Source of the DNA: Massilibacillus sp.
Lineage (GTDB): Bacteria; Bacillota; Negativicutes; JARBTT01
DNA: 59,148 nucleotides
Assembly: GCA_029240055.1 (NCBI GenBank)
Contig: JARBTT010000002.1
Span: 1 to 59,148 of the forward strand
Direction: 5' to 3'
The position numbers were made by a program, and so were the translations under genes. This document shows, piece after piece, positions 19,530 through 29,282 of the stretch (position 1 is the stretch's first letter; every line of letters starts with the position of its first letter). The notes under the pieces are model-generated. The model was not told where the DNA came from. It did not search any database and worked only from the letters and a program-made list of their open reading frames with translations.

Positions 19530-20131
19530 CAGATAACACCGCCTTGTAAGTAGCAATAAGTATAAGCAACTTGTGTTAATTGCTTAACATTAATCACCTT
19601 GTATTTAACTTCGCTGTTCAAGTCATCAATAATATCATTCTGTTTAATATCCGTCATATCACAATACATTTTCATGTAAGTTATTGATGTTTGACCAGAA
19701 GTAACGACAACTATATTCCCTTTGTCTGGGATTAAATAGCAAGGCAAAGAATCAACGATTGCTTTATCAATAGCTGGTAAATTAGCACCACTTGGAGACT
19801 TACCACCGCTTTGTTTTCTGGTTACTTTTACCGAATCATCCATTAATACTAACGCAAGAAATGCTTGCCAATGTGTACCCCAATTTTGAGGGTCAGATAT
19901 TAAGTATTTGCTTGTACCGTCAACAATCCGCATATTAAAACCAAGAGTGCGCTTAGTAAATAACTGTGCTGAATTTTTATACGGCAAACCTATACCGTCA
20001 GAGTTAGTGCTTGAAGATTTTTTTAAAGGTAACAATTCACCTTTTATCGTATCAACATCAACCCATGCGCGATTAACTACTTTTTGCAGTATCAAGTCTC
20101 GTTCTTCTGAAAAATTAATTGGAAATATCAC
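19529..20131 (-). CDS. hypothetical neck/structural protein
   Basis: 200-aa ORF in the head-tail connector block. Confidence 0.55.
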   Translation of the reverse strand: MIFPINFSEERDLILQKVVNRAWVDVDTIKGELLPLKKSSSTNSDGIGLPYKNSAQLFTKRTLGFNMRIVDGTSKYLISDPQNWGTHWQAFLALVLMDDSVKVTRKQSGGKSPSGANLPAIDKAIVDSLPCYLIPDKGNIVVVTSGQTSITYMKMYCDMTDIKQNDIIDDLNSEVKYKVINVKQLTQVAYTYCYLQGGVI

Positions 20132-20453
20132 GAATAATCACCCCAATCCCAACACCGGGGAAATCACTATTGCCGATTCTAGCTTTTGCTTTATAATCTT
20201 TAATCGTATCGGTTAAATCAGCTAACGTGCTAGACACACCACCACGACTAAAAGTTTTAGGCAGCGCGGTTATAGCACTTGATAATGCTTCATAAATAGC
20301 ACGGTTCATGTTGTACAACTTATCGTTTTCCAATGCGCTACCAACGCTTTTACTGTTTTTATTTAAAAAATATAATAATTCAGTATCAGTTAACGCATCA
20401 GATAAAATTTTGCATTCTGTTTTTATGGCGATTAATGCTTCTGATTCTGTCAT
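20115..20453 (-). CDS. hypothetical head-tail connector-like protein
   Basis: 112-aa helical ORF in the connector block. Confidence 0.55.
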   Translation of the reverse strand: MTESEALIAIKTECKILSDALTDTELLYFLNKNSKSVGSALENDKLYNMNRAIYEALSSAITALPKTFSRGGVSSTLADLTDTIKDYKAKARIGNSDFPGVGIGVIIRDISN

Positions 20454-20464
20454 ATCATCACCGC

Positions 20465-20737
20465 CTACAATTTAGAGTTTAATGAAGTAGCGGTGACAAG
20501 ATCGTCACCAGTAAGGCTTGAAAGAACTTTTGCAATTACTGTCTTAGCTAGTGCTTTTTCTTCATCTGTTAGTACGGTTGTATCATAATCGGCAAGTAAA
20601 ATATTTAATGGTTTTGCTACTTTAAGCTTTTGCCACTTAGTATCAACAAGAATTTCGGTAATTGAAATATCAAAATTATCTGTTCCAACCGTAGATATTA
20701 CCGCTTTTAATTCAACTTTATCGTTTTCAGTTATCAT
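20465..20737 (-). CDS. hypothetical protein
   Basis: 90-aa ORF with an SD, in the structural operon. Confidence 0.55.
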   Translation of the reverse strand: MITENDKVELKAVISTVGTDNFDISITEILVDTKWQKLKVAKPLNILLADYDTTVLTDEEKALAKTVIAKVLSSLTGDDLVTATSLNSKL

Positions 20738-20748
20738 AATTAACCGCC

Positions 20749-21051
20749 TTATTTAGTAGCTTCGGCTGTTTTAATCACTGCAAGAATATCTTCTTTTTTG
20801 GTTGCATCTCCAATATCAATACCATTAGTTGTGGCATATTCTTTAAGCTGTACAACGGTCATATTATCAACGTCAATTTTATCAACAACTACTTCTTCTA
20901 TGATTTTAGATAAGCGTTTTGCCTCAACCAATGCATCAACTGAATATATTTTAATCTCTGCATCAGTTAATTCAATCGGTTCAGCTCCGGGAATGCTGAA
21001 TTTTTCTCCAAAAGCTAAAACTCGCTCAGTTTTATTTTCAAATTTAGCCAT
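20749..21051 (-). CDS. hypothetical protein with SAP/Rho-N-like motif
   Basis: MTVVQLKEYATTNGIDIGDATKKEDILAVIK resembles the Rho-N/SAP helix-extended-helix. Confidence 0.5.
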   Translation of the reverse strand: MAKFENKTERVLAFGEKFSIPGAEPIELTDAEIKIYSVDALVEAKRLSKIIEEVVVDKIDVDNMTVVQLKEYATTNGIDIGDATKKEDILAVIKTAEATK

Positions 21052-21080
21052 TATATCAATCCTTTCAAATTAAAATAGAA

Positions 21081-21108
21081 AATGGCTTGCTGGTTAAGAC
21101 AAGCCATT
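21081..21108 (-). terminator. terminator after major capsid gene
   Basis: Perfect 9-bp stem AAUGGCUUG/CAAGCCAUU followed by UUUUCUAUUUU on the minus strand. Begins 8 nt after the capsid stop. Confidence 0.7.
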
Positions 21109-21115
21109 GTTTTTA

Positions 21116-22105
21116 TTAGCACCCTTCTGATTTGCAGATAGAAAGTGGATAATAGATAATTACACCGCCGCAACGAGAATGACAAGCAGTAACAAACTCT
21201 AATCCTTCTGGTTGTGGAGGGAATTGTTCGAATGGTTGCGGAATTTCAAGAGTTAATTTATCTGGGTCTTTTTTATAAACCAAACACAAATCAACGCCAC
21301 CAGTTCCAGCTCCTTGTGCTTCTGGTACGACTTCAACGTTTTTAATGTATGGATTAGTTTTAAGGAAAAATTCAAGAATAGTCGTATCTGTTCCAGTGGT
21401 ACGTGCGCGACTTGAAATATCACCGTGTACATTATGTGGTAAAACTAATGTATCTGGACGTTCAACTTTCTTAGTAATAGTTATTACAGTATTAACCATG
21501 CCAGTTAAATCACGTAAAACTTGATCAGGAGTTTTATTAATAAATTTTGCAGCAGCAGCAGTTCCGGCAGTTACACCATTTAGTGTGCCATCGGTAGGTA
21601 ATGTATAACTAGTAATATTAGGATGCGTAAACAATCCATTTAATCCATTTGCGGCATCGCCAGAATAAGCAATGTTATTTACTTTTTGGTCGTTGGCTCT
21701 ACGTGCAGCATTGGCTTTACGTTGTTCAAGTGGTTTGCCTGCCATTTGAGCAGCACGAATGTCTTGGATAGAATAACCATAACTTGTACCAATTGATTTA
21801 ACCTTGCTAGAAAATGGTTTTCCTACTAAATCAACACGTGGTAAGTCTGTAGCATAATTACTGATAATATCAGCGAACCCCACTACATCATATTGATAAT
21901 ACGTTATTGTTTCAGCACCAGCACCAGCATCTGTAGAAACAGGAATAATTTGAATTGCTGTAAATTCCGGATACAAAACATCATAGGATTTAGCTTTAAT
22001 TTTTTCTAGTTCACGTGCAAAAAAAATCGACTCATTCGCATCAAAGCGACCAGTCGAAATAATTGCGTTATAATCTTTTTCGTCATATCTTAATTCTTCG
22101 GGCAT
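21116..22105 (-). CDS. major capsid protein (DUF2184 / encapsulin-like HK97 fold family)
   Basis: The N-terminal FFARELEKIKAKSYDVLYPEF and ATDLPRVD style is typical of DUF2184 capsids. Sits in the DUF1073/DUF2213 context. Confidence 0.75.
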   Translation of the reverse strand: MPEELRYDEKDYNAIISTGRFDANESIFFARELEKIKAKSYDVLYPEFTAIQIIPVSTDAGAGAETITYYQYDVVGFADIISNYATDLPRVDLVGKPFSSKVKSIGTSYGYSIQDIRAAQMAGKPLEQRKANAARRANDQKVNNIAYSGDAANGLNGLFTHPNITSYTLPTDGTLNGVTAGTAAAAKFINKTPDQVLRDLTGMVNTVITITKKVERPDTLVLPHNVHGDISSRARTTGTDTTILEFFLKTNPYIKNVEVVPEAQGAGTGGVDLCLVYKKDPDKLTLEIPQPFEQFPPQPEGLEFVTACHSRCGGVIIYYPLSICKSEGC

Positions 22106-22120
22106 TTATACGATTCCTCC

Positions 22121-22594
22121 TTATGATAACTCAACAGCAACAATGCCGCCAGTTGTAGATGTATTTGAAGTGATAAATTTTGCATCAGTTACGGCAACCG
22201 CTGTTGTACTTGCACCAGCTGCATTAGTCCATTTACCAGCATCAGCACCGGAAAATACTAAATAAGCAGCAGTTTCAGCAGTTATTGCCTGTCCGCTAAT
22301 AAAAGGAACCCAAGCACGACCCTTGCGAAGTACAGGAACAGTATCTTTCGTTACATAAGTTACAGTTCCATCTGCCGCCTGTTCTTTAGCTTGGTTTAAA
22401 GCAATTCCTTTAAATCCGGTAGAAAATGTAGCCGCTGGTACTTTAGCTTGTACTTGTGGGTCTGTTCCAACAATAAGACCAAATCCAAGTCCAATAGTTC
22501 CCTCTGCAACATAAGAATCAATAGTACGTGGTGAAATATCGTACAGTGTACCTGCAATTGCAGGATTCATGTTCATTCCATAAGATAATTGCAT
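22121..22594 (-). CDS. capsid cement/decoration-like protein (weak)
   Basis: 157-aa G/A/T-rich ORF between the DUF2213 and capsid genes. Confidence 0.4.
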   Translation of the reverse strand: MQLSYGMNMNPAIAGTLYDISPRTIDSYVAEGTIGLGFGLIVGTDPQVQAKVPAATFSTGFKGIALNQAKEQAADGTVTYVTKDTVPVLRKGRAWVPFISGQAITAETAAYLVFSGADAGKWTNAAGASTTAVAVTDAKFITSNTSTTGGIVAVELS

Positions 22595-23733
22595 TATTTC
22601 GTTTCCTCCTTGTAAGCATTTTTAAGACGTTCAGCCATTGCATCCCTGCGTTCTTGTGATGTCATTTCTTTTTCATCTTGACGATTTTCTTTAGTTTTTT
22701 TATTATTTACCGTTTTTCTTTGTTCTGCCATAGAATCATTACGGATAGTATCTTCTTTGCAGAAGTCAAAAGCTGCATCGATATAAGCATCTGATTTTTC
22801 GGTAAGATCAGCGGAATCACCGCGAACCACTTTAATTACAGCAAGTTTAATATCCTTATCTGTCATTTCATCTGCTTTTTCTACCTTGTGAGTAGAAGCT
22901 ACAGATAATAAAGAAACACGTCCTTTTACCAGCTTATCTATGCTGTCGGCGTGTTCTTTGTCTTTCGCTTTTAATTGTTCGTCAAACTTTGCTTTTTCGT
23001 CTTTCAATCCGTCTCGTTCAGCCTCTAAAGCATCCATTTTTTTCGCATTTTCGGCATCTTTTTCTACTGCGGCAGATTCCATTTTTGTAATTTTGTCTGT
23101 ATTACATTTTGCATCTTTAGACATAGAATCGAATTCCGCCGCAACTTCGGCAGGTACTTCGTAATCAATTCCATTTTTTAGTTTTAATTTTGCCATCTTT
23201 CTTGGTTCCCCCTCGTCTTGTTTTGTATCTTCTATTGATTGTTCACCATCCATATTTAGCCTTGCCATATCACCAGCACGACCGCGCGGTACTACAGCAA
23301 GATGGTTGTATCGTATATTTCTTTGTACAGCATCATAAGGCATACCGTTATATATACCCGGGGTTTCGTCAAGGTCAACATTATAACCGCATGACAATTC
23401 CCTGCCTTTGGTATCAAGATTATATATCACCACATCAGCGCGGATGTTATCGCCATCTTGTTTACCTTCGGTTAATACCGTGCCAATCGGTTTTACTTTA
23501 GTTACGTTTTTAGCACTAACTAAACCAGGATGACCAACAGTAACGGGTTTCCCCCTTATAGTAGCAAGTGATTCTGGTTTAAATGCTTCTTCTGGTGGTC
23601 TAAATTCATTTCTTACACTACCGTCTGCATTCGTATATTTAAGTATTCCAACACGCCCTATAATTGGTGAATCCTCAATAAATCCTTCGGCTGTTTTTAC
23701 TGCTTTAATTTCTACTGTATCAAATCTTTGCAA
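22594..23733 (-). CDS. DUF2213-type prohead protease/scaffold protein
   Basis: N-terminal [33 protein letters not shown] followed by a K/E/D-rich scaffold-like tail. Confidence 0.6.
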   Translation of the reverse strand: MQRFDTVEIKAVKTAEGFIEDSPIIGRVGILKYTNADGSVRNEFRPPEEAFKPESLATIRGKPVTVGHPGLVSAKNVTKVKPIGTVLTEGKQDGDNIRADVVIYNLDTKGRELSCGYNVDLDETPGIYNGMPYDAVQRNIRYNHLAVVPRGRAGDMARLNMDGEQSIEDTKQDEGEPRKMAKLKLKNGIDYEVPAEVAAEFDSMSKDAKCNTDKITKMESAAVEKDAENAKKMDALEAERDGLKDEKAKFDEQLKAKDKEHADSIDKLVKGRVSLLSVASTHKVEKADEMTDKDIKLAVIKVVRGDSADLTEKSDAYIDAAFDFCKEDTIRNDSMAEQRKTVNNKKTKENRQDEKEMTSQERRDAMAERLKNAYKEETK

Positions 23734-23768
23734 TTTATCACCTCCCTCCTAACAGGGCATAAAAAATA

Positions 23769-23810
23769 CCTAGTCGACCATATTGTTGAAGTTAACAAAA
23801 TGGTACTAGG
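23769..23810 (-). terminator. hairpin plus U-run between portal and protease genes (partial terminator?)
   Basis: CCUAGUACCAU ... AUGGU(CG)ACUAGG stem followed by UAUUUUUUAU on the minus strand. Confidence 0.45.
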
Positions 23811-23899
23811 CTAACGTTTTCCTAAAACTTTTTCTAAGAATAACAACCAGATAAATAATAACAATATCGGGATAGTACAAGAAGTTAACTCAACGGTGG

Positions 23900-25336
23900 T
23901 CAAGTTATCACCGTTTCGCTAGGAATATTGTTATCTGGTTTGTTTATAGTTGGCTCTGGTTGCTCTGAAATTTCTTTATTAATACCAACTATCTCGTCTG
24001 GTGTATAACCAGCCTTACGTTGGCACTCTGCTACGCTGACAACTTTGTTTGTAATCATCAATGAATCAGCTTGTGCGTTTTTGAAATTAGCATCTGCATC
24101 TAATTGGTTTGCTTCTGCAACTTCTTTATCACTAGGGCTCCATAATGGATTAAATTTAAGTGTCCAATTTTCAATAGGTTTACCTTTAAATAAGCCGTTT
24201 TTAGCAAGCATACAAAGGCGAATAAGTCTTGATAATGGATTTTTTATATGGCGTTTTTGAATTTGGCTAACATAGTTATACCAGTTTTCTAAATCAGTAC
24301 CGCCGGACTGTGCAAGCCCTGAACCTTTTGGATTATGTCCAAATAAAATTACAAACGGTATATTGCTTACTGCGCTATATGCAAAGCCAAAACGATCTAT
24401 TAAGTCAGCCATACCAGAGATAGACAAGTTTTCAATTTTGAACTCATCATCAGCATCAATGGCTATAGTATTAAGTATTGATCTTGCCATATCTATTAAG
24501 TCCAGTCTTGTTTTTACTGCTTTATCCCCGTCTTCGCCAAGGTCAAGAACATCTGTAAGTCCCGATAGTTTAAGAATGGCTTGTCCTTTGCGCTCCATTA
24601 CTGTGATTGCAAGCTTCATACTGTGTTGGTTATTAGTTAATTCTTCGATAAGCCCTTGCAATGAACTTTTACCCCAACCGTTATTGGATAATCGCCAATA
24701 ATCCGGTACAGGGTCGCCAGTAAATAGTAATAACCTGCTTTCATGCACCATAAACGGCAATCCATCCATAGGGTTTATTTGATAATATTGTGGTTTTCCG
24801 TACTTTACATTGCTAGGGTCTTCATATAATACAGCATCGTTCCACCAAATTTGTGTCTTATCAAAAACTCGAAGTTCCTCAATATTACTTATATTAGTTT
24901 CATCTATTGGTTCATCAAGCATACGACCATCATTTACAAGCATTAATATTCCACTACCACCAAATAGTCTTGACCATCTAACAGCATCAGCAAAGTGTAT
25001 TTCTGCATTTAAATCTTCAAGCATACTTAAAGCATTATCGTTTTTATCTTGCGGAATTTTCACCCAATTTTTTACCGCTTCATCTGCCGGTAATGATATT
25101 GTTCTATTAGCCAAGGAACAATCTATGAAAATATTCTGTAACATATGGTCATTCATACGCATAGATGGCATAAAAAGAAAATTAGAATATGGGTCATGCT
25201 TTGTTTGATGCCCAATAACTGAATTCGCGAATCCGTCTTGCCTTATTCTATTTGGTGTTGATTTTGGTTGTTGAATTGAGTCTGTTTTCATCTTTTGTTT
25301 GTATCGTTTCAAATTATCACCTGCCTTTGTTGCCAA
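23900..25336 (-). CDS. portal protein (DUF1073 family)
   Basis: 478 aa directly downstream of terL. N-terminal DGFANSVIGHQTKHDPYSNF style of DUF1073 portals. Confidence 0.75.
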   Translation of the reverse strand: MATKAGDNLKRYKQKMKTDSIQQPKSTPNRIRQDGFANSVIGHQTKHDPYSNFLFMPSMRMNDHMLQNIFIDCSLANRTISLPADEAVKNWVKIPQDKNDNALSMLEDLNAEIHFADAVRWSRLFGGSGILMLVNDGRMLDEPIDETNISNIEELRVFDKTQIWWNDAVLYEDPSNVKYGKPQYYQINPMDGLPFMVHESRLLLFTGDPVPDYWRLSNNGWGKSSLQGLIEELTNNQHSMKLAITVMERKGQAILKLSGLTDVLDLGEDGDKAVKTRLDLIDMARSILNTIAIDADDEFKIENLSISGMADLIDRFGFAYSAVSNIPFVILFGHNPKGSGLAQSGGTDLENWYNYVSQIQKRHIKNPLSRLIRLCMLAKNGLFKGKPIENWTLKFNPLWSPSDKEVAEANQLDADANFKNAQADSLMITNKVVSVAECQRKAGYTPDEIVGINKEISEQPEPTINKPDNNIPSETVIT

Positions 25337-25361
25337 TGAAAAATAGACACCGTTTAAGTGT

Positions 25362-26795
25362 CTAACTAATTAATCCTGACCAGCTCTTGCCTGTTTGCAA
25401 TTCTTCAAAGCAGTCACTAAGACCATCGACTATATCATCATGTTTCCCTTCTGGGAATGAATCACATTCATTTAACAATATTTCGTTCCAGTCACCAGCA
25501 AGCATTAATATATTGCCAGCCTGCCACTGGCTACTTAGTGGTAAACATCTTGTAACCTTATCTCCCGTCATTCTTCTTGAACGGACAATATACCCAGACA
25601 AGAGCTTAATGAAGTCGTCGCGGACGCTCTTACCAGCAGCGCCTGGATCTTGAGGTATGAAATTTATAACTCTATTGAATTTATTCTTATCAAACTTAGC
25701 GGTTTCAAGGACTTTCTTTTTTACGTCATTCGAAGTCCATCTTCCATGTAATAAATCTAGTATTATATATCTACCATCATCTAATTTACCCATTAATGGG
25801 CCTGCTGTTGCATCTGGTGATGGTCGACTTGGTGTGGGGATTGTAGCGGCTAAATCGTATGCTCTGCAAAATTTTCTTATTTTACCGGGTATCTGGTTAA
25901 CTATTTCAATCTTGGCTTTAGGAAGATACATCCCTGCACTTTCTTTTACACGCCAATTTCCATACAGCAATCGTCCTTTTTCTACTGTATTTAGTGCATT
26001 CAAGTTAGCTAAATACTCAGGATTTTGCTCTAATAGTATTTTATTATCAAATATCGAACTAGCAATAAACGTAAACGATTTTATAAGTTTAGGGTCTGTA
26101 TTATATTTAATAGATAATTCTTCACGGCTATCTCCCCATTTAAATTCATCATCAATAACTAAAAAGTAGCGCAAAATCCCACTTTTTTCTTTTACAGGAA
26201 AACCATCATCGTCAATATACCACTCAATTAATTCAGCTACAAAGCTGTTAGGGTCTGGATTGCACGTGCCAATTACTTTCGGAACTACGCCGCATACGCT
26301 ACGATTTCTCGAAAGCATATACATTATCTGAGCCTTGGTGAAATGCGTCATTTCATCAAATGCTATAAGTGCAATAGCGGCACCTTGAAAATCATATACA
26401 GTATTATCCAGTTGAAGATGTTGGAAAGTTATTCGTGCTCCACTAGGAAATTTCATCGTTGGCTTTGGGCTAACTACAGGAATAGCACCTTTTAACGGCA
26501 TTAATTTTAAAGCATCTGACCATAATCCGCCTTCGTTCATTATCTGAGTTGAATTTCTACGGAATATAGTGGCAGTAAAACCCTTTACGTTAATATTAAG
26601 CATACTACGTAAAAGCAACGCATAGGTTTTACCACCTCCGGCTGCTCCCCCGAATATTGTAATATCAGCTTGACTATTTAGAAATGCTGTTTGTGGTCCC
26701 TGTTGTGGCTTAAAGTTCTTATCAATCTCTTTTTTCTTCGCTTCTGCTTCTAAAAGCAACAAGTATTCAATTTCCTGCTCTTTAGTTAACGCCAC
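25362..26795 (-). CDS. terL: terminase large subunit
   Basis: Walker A is FGGAAGGGKTYAL, followed by a nuclease-half acidic motif. Start is most likely the GTG at 26795, after GGTGGTGG (the track start at 26852 lacks an SD). Confidence 0.85.
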   Translation of the reverse strand: MALTKEQEIEYLLLLEAEAKKKEIDKNFKPQQGPQTAFLNSQADITIFGGAAGGGKTYALLLRSMLNINVKGFTATIFRRNSTQIMNEGGLWSDALKLMPLKGAIPVVSPKPTMKFPSGARITFQHLQLDNTVYDFQGAAIALIAFDEMTHFTKAQIMYMLSRNRSVCGVVPKVIGTCNPDPNSFVAELIEWYIDDDGFPVKEKSGILRYFLVIDDEFKWGDSREELSIKYNTDPKLIKSFTFIASSIFDNKILLEQNPEYLANLNALNTVEKGRLLYGNWRVKESAGMYLPKAKIEIVNQIPGKIRKFCRAYDLAATIPTPSRPSPDATAGPLMGKLDDGRYIILDLLHGRWTSNDVKKKVLETAKFDKNKFNRVINFIPQDPGAAGKSVRDDFIKLLSGYIVRSRRMTGDKVTRCLPLSSQWQAGNILMLAGDWNEILLNECDSFPEGKHDDIVDGLSDCFEELQTGKSWSGLIS

Positions 26796-26883
26796 AAAAC
26801 CACCACCTATAAAACGACATAAAAAATAGACGTTGTTCAGTACAACGCCCAAAACTTATAATTTTATATATAAAAATAGCGTG

Positions 26884-26925
26884 TCCTGTTTGACACACTT
26901 TCGATAATCCTATTATATCCTGTTT
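26884..26925 (-). promoter_or_regulatory. possible activator-dependent late promoter / packaging-region repeats
   Basis: Minus-strand TATAAT (26917-26912) with a poor -35. Direct repeat TCCTGTTT at 26884-26891 and 26918-26925, and a GTGTC..GACAC inverted repeat. Confidence 0.25.
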
Positions 26926-26959
26926 TTCGCCTACTTTGGCACAGTGCTAAAGTATTTTT

Positions 26960-27439
26960 TTATAGCGCACCATCTTTAATTGCAATTCTGATCGTAACGT
27001 CCATTATTTTACGCATCCACTCGGTCATTGTGCCTTTGGTCGGTGCATCAATTTCTCTGCCATAACGATATTTAAACCACTCAACATACTTAACTTGGGT
27101 ATAATCAACCCAACCCGGTCTGCCCATTGTTTTGCCGTTGCTAATTTGACTTGCAGCATCCCTTCTGATTTCAAGATATTTTCTACTTTTCTCTGATAAT
27201 GTTTGCTCTGCTTTCTCAATAACCATAATCCATTTACGAGATTCTTCTAAGTCTAGTAATGTCATAGTTTTATTCGCACACGGATTTCCAACGCTCGTTC
27301 CATGTGGCATACCGTCATAATTTGTCGCTCCTAGAGTGCTAAATTGGGCTGATCGTTCAGCATACGCTTGTTTAAATTCGTAATAGTTTAAAATCCATTT
27401 CATTGCAGTTTTGTTTTGTTTATCAATATCTATAATCAT
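26960..27439 (-). CDS. ArpU/RinA-like (sigma-like) late regulator
   Basis: DGMPHGTSVGNPCANKT motif and a helical C-terminus, as in ArpU/DUF1492-type phage regulators. ATG at 27439 with a GGAGCGTG SD. Confidence 0.5.
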   Translation of the reverse strand: MIIDIDKQNKTAMKWILNYYEFKQAYAERSAQFSTLGATNYDGMPHGTSVGNPCANKTMTLLDLEESRKWIMVIEKAEQTLSEKSRKYLEIRRDAASQISNGKTMGRPGWVDYTQVKYVEWFKYRYGREIDAPTKGTMTEWMRKIMDVTIRIAIKDGAL

Positions 27440-27465
27440 ATAATCACGCTCCAATTATTTTTATA

Positions 27466-27642
27466 TTACTGTACTTCAAATTCATCTATATTAAGCCACA
27501 CACAACCATCTTTACAGTACTCCTGTGGATTATCTAATTCTTCTGTTTTCTTATACGCTTCGGCTTTTTTATTATTACCAAATACAGCTTGTGGAGAGCC
27601 ACATTCACATTCCCAATTTTTCGTAACAACATATACTTTCAT
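27466..27642 (-). CDS. hypothetical Cys-containing protein (58 aa)
   Basis: Hand translation MKVYVVTKNWECECGSPQAVFGNNKKAEAYKKTEELDNPQEYCKDGCVWLNIDEFEVQ. GGAGCGTG SD. Confidence 0.45.
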   Translation of the reverse strand: MKVYVVTKNWECECGSPQAVFGNNKKAEAYKKTEELDNPQEYCKDGCVWLNIDEFEVQ

Positions 27643-27725
27643 TTGTAATCACGCTCCAAATTATTAATTTTAGGTATAAAAAAAGACCAAGAAATTTAAT
27701 TCTTAGCCTTAATCAATATATGTAA

Positions 27726-27863
27726 TTATTCAATGTAAACTTGACCTTCGCTATCAATATCTACCTCGGTTGCTTCTGTATAACCTTCACAATCTCGAAC
27801 TATTACAACTTGTTCTTTATCTTTTATTGCTTGTAATCTCTCGATTAGCTGTTTGATTTTCAT
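27726..27863 (-). CDS. hypothetical protein (45 aa)
   Basis: Hand translation MKIKQLIERLQAIKDKEQVVIVRDCEGYTEATEVDIDSEGQVYIE. AAGGAG SD. Confidence 0.4.
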   Translation of the reverse strand: MKIKQLIERLQAIKDKEQVVIVRDCEGYTEATEVDIDSEGQVYIE

Positions 27864-27882
27864 TTTTAATTTAGCTCCTTAT

Positions 27883-28218
27883 TCAGACGGCTTTCTCATT
27901 TGTTTCATCTGTGCTTTTAACGTTATCGCCAAAACCTTCTCTATAATCGCTTTCTTTTTTGACTGGTTCTTCTTCCGTATTATCTAGTAAATTAGCTGTA
28001 CGCCTAGTGTTTTCCTCAATATGTATAAATATGGTCAACAATTGCCCGACAGCGTATATACTCATAGCTCCAATTGTACCGCCAAATAAGCCTGTAAAAG
28101 ACTCCATACCATGACCAGTAAATCCAGCAAATAACCCTATAAGCAATACTATGACGGCTAAAACTTTATATAATCCAGATAATATTTCAACTGCAAAATA
28201 ACCTCTTTCTACTTTCAT
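27883..28218 (-). CDS. membrane protein (2-3 TM)
   Basis: Hydrophobic segments LYKVLAVIVLLIGLFAGF and GGTIGAMSIYAVGQLLTIFI with an acidic tail. Confidence 0.6.
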   Translation of the reverse strand: MKVERGYFAVEILSGLYKVLAVIVLLIGLFAGFTGHGMESFTGLFGGTIGAMSIYAVGQLLTIFIHIEENTRRTANLLDNTEEEPVKKESDYREGFGDNVKSTDETNEKAV

Positions 28219-28295
28219 TCAACACACATCCTTTGATATTTTTATATAATATTTCTACAAAAGCCAATATATTCCTGCTTTAACCGCTTAATTAT

Positions 28296-28994
28296 TTATT
28301 TTGCGGTTTGTTTGTATATCTCATTTTTAACTTTTTCAATATTTTCACCAGCGTTTTTATGTGCCGCCAATGCTTGTTTAATATTATTTTCAAAATTCAT
28401 TTTGTTTTCCATGTAATTTTTATTATTCATAACATTCATTAACGAACCGACAGCTTCTTTACCTGTCAATGCGGAAAGCGACAAATATTTTATACATTGT
28501 TCTACTTCTTTACTTTGGCTATCATCTAATCCTTTAGGAACTTCCATTTTATCAGTATCAGACCATGCAATCAAAAGTAAATTTTCGGTGGCTTTTAAAT
28601 AATTGTAAAAATCAGTAGGATTTATCCCACCTTTATCCATCATATCCATTGAGTTTTGTAGTTTACTAAAAGCGTCTCCTAATCCATCATGATATTTTTT
28701 AAAATTATTATAAAAAGCATCAAATTCCTGTTTGGAATTATTAACAGGTTTATTTGTCGTTATTGATGCAACATTATTGCTTACATTTGACTGTTTAATC
28801 GTACTGTCATGATTAATCGGTGGCATTGTATACGAATCAAAGATTAAAAATATTAACGTCAAAGTTCCATATAAATTCAAAACATGCTTTCGCGTTTTAT
28901 CTTTATTGCCTAAAAACATAATTTTAGGTTTAAATAGCCCTATTATCAGTCCTATAAAAGAAAATAAAAATAATGTTGCCCACAAGTCGTGCAT
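28296..28994 (-). CDS. membrane-anchored protein (2 N-terminal TM, helical ectodomain)
   Basis: LFLFSFIGLIIGLF and LYGTLTLIFLIF segments followed by ~170 aa of helical domain. Co-oriented directly after the XRE gene. Confidence 0.6.
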   Translation of the reverse strand: MHDLWATLFLFSFIGLIIGLFKPKIMFLGNKDKTRKHVLNLYGTLTLIFLIFDSYTMPPINHDSTIKQSNVSNNVASITTNKPVNNSKQEFDAFYNNFKKYHDGLGDAFSKLQNSMDMMDKGGINPTDFYNYLKATENLLLIAWSDTDKMEVPKGLDDSQSKEVEQCIKYLSLSALTGKEAVGSLMNVMNNKNYMENKMNFENNIKQALAAHKNAGENIEKVKNEIYKQTAK

Positions 28995-29015
28995 GCGTTC
29001 ATCTTCTTTCGTTTA

Positions 29016-29234
29016 TTATTTATATGGCGTTGAATCGTCTGTCATGCCTACTAGATAATCAACCGAAACATTAAAATGGTCAGCTAAAATAACTAATGCT
29101 TTAATTGATGGTTCTCTATCCCCTGTTTCATAAAACCTCCAAGCTCTAGGAGTAACATTTATTAATGCAGATATCTCCTGTTGACTTATATTATTTTTTT
29201 TGCGAATTTCTCTAAGTCTATATGATAAATTCAT
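29016..29234 (-). CDS. XRE/Cro-CI family HTH repressor
   Basis: LREIRKKNNISQQEISALINVTPRAWRFYETGDREPSIKALVILADHFNVSVDYL. ATG at 29234 after GGAGGAAATT. Confidence 0.8.
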   Translation of the reverse strand: MNLSYRLREIRKKNNISQQEISALINVTPRAWRFYETGDREPSIKALVILADHFNVSVDYLVGMTDDSTPYK

Positions 29235-29253
29235 AATTTCCTCCAAAAAAATA

Positions 29254-29282
29254 TTGACAGGTACATATCGTACCTATATAAT
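29254..29282 (+). promoter_or_regulatory. consensus sigma-A promoter for antirepressor operon
   Basis: TTGACA (29254-59), a 17-nt spacer, then TATAAT (29277-82). Confidence 0.75.

Noticed and set aside
24045-26169. Plus-strand ORFs antisense to portal and terL (24045..24260, 24363..24701, 24810..25208, 25387..25653, 25657..26169)
   Set aside because: They are shadow ORFs in an AT-rich genome. The minus-strand genes carry clear terminase and portal motifs.
27435-27665. Direct repeat TAATCACGCTCCAA(A)TTATT (27441 and 27647) as possible att or island boundary repeats
   Set aside because: Both copies are the SD plus start context (GGAGCGTGATTA on the minus strand) of two consecutive small genes. 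This is a duplicated translation-initiation region, not a recombination site.
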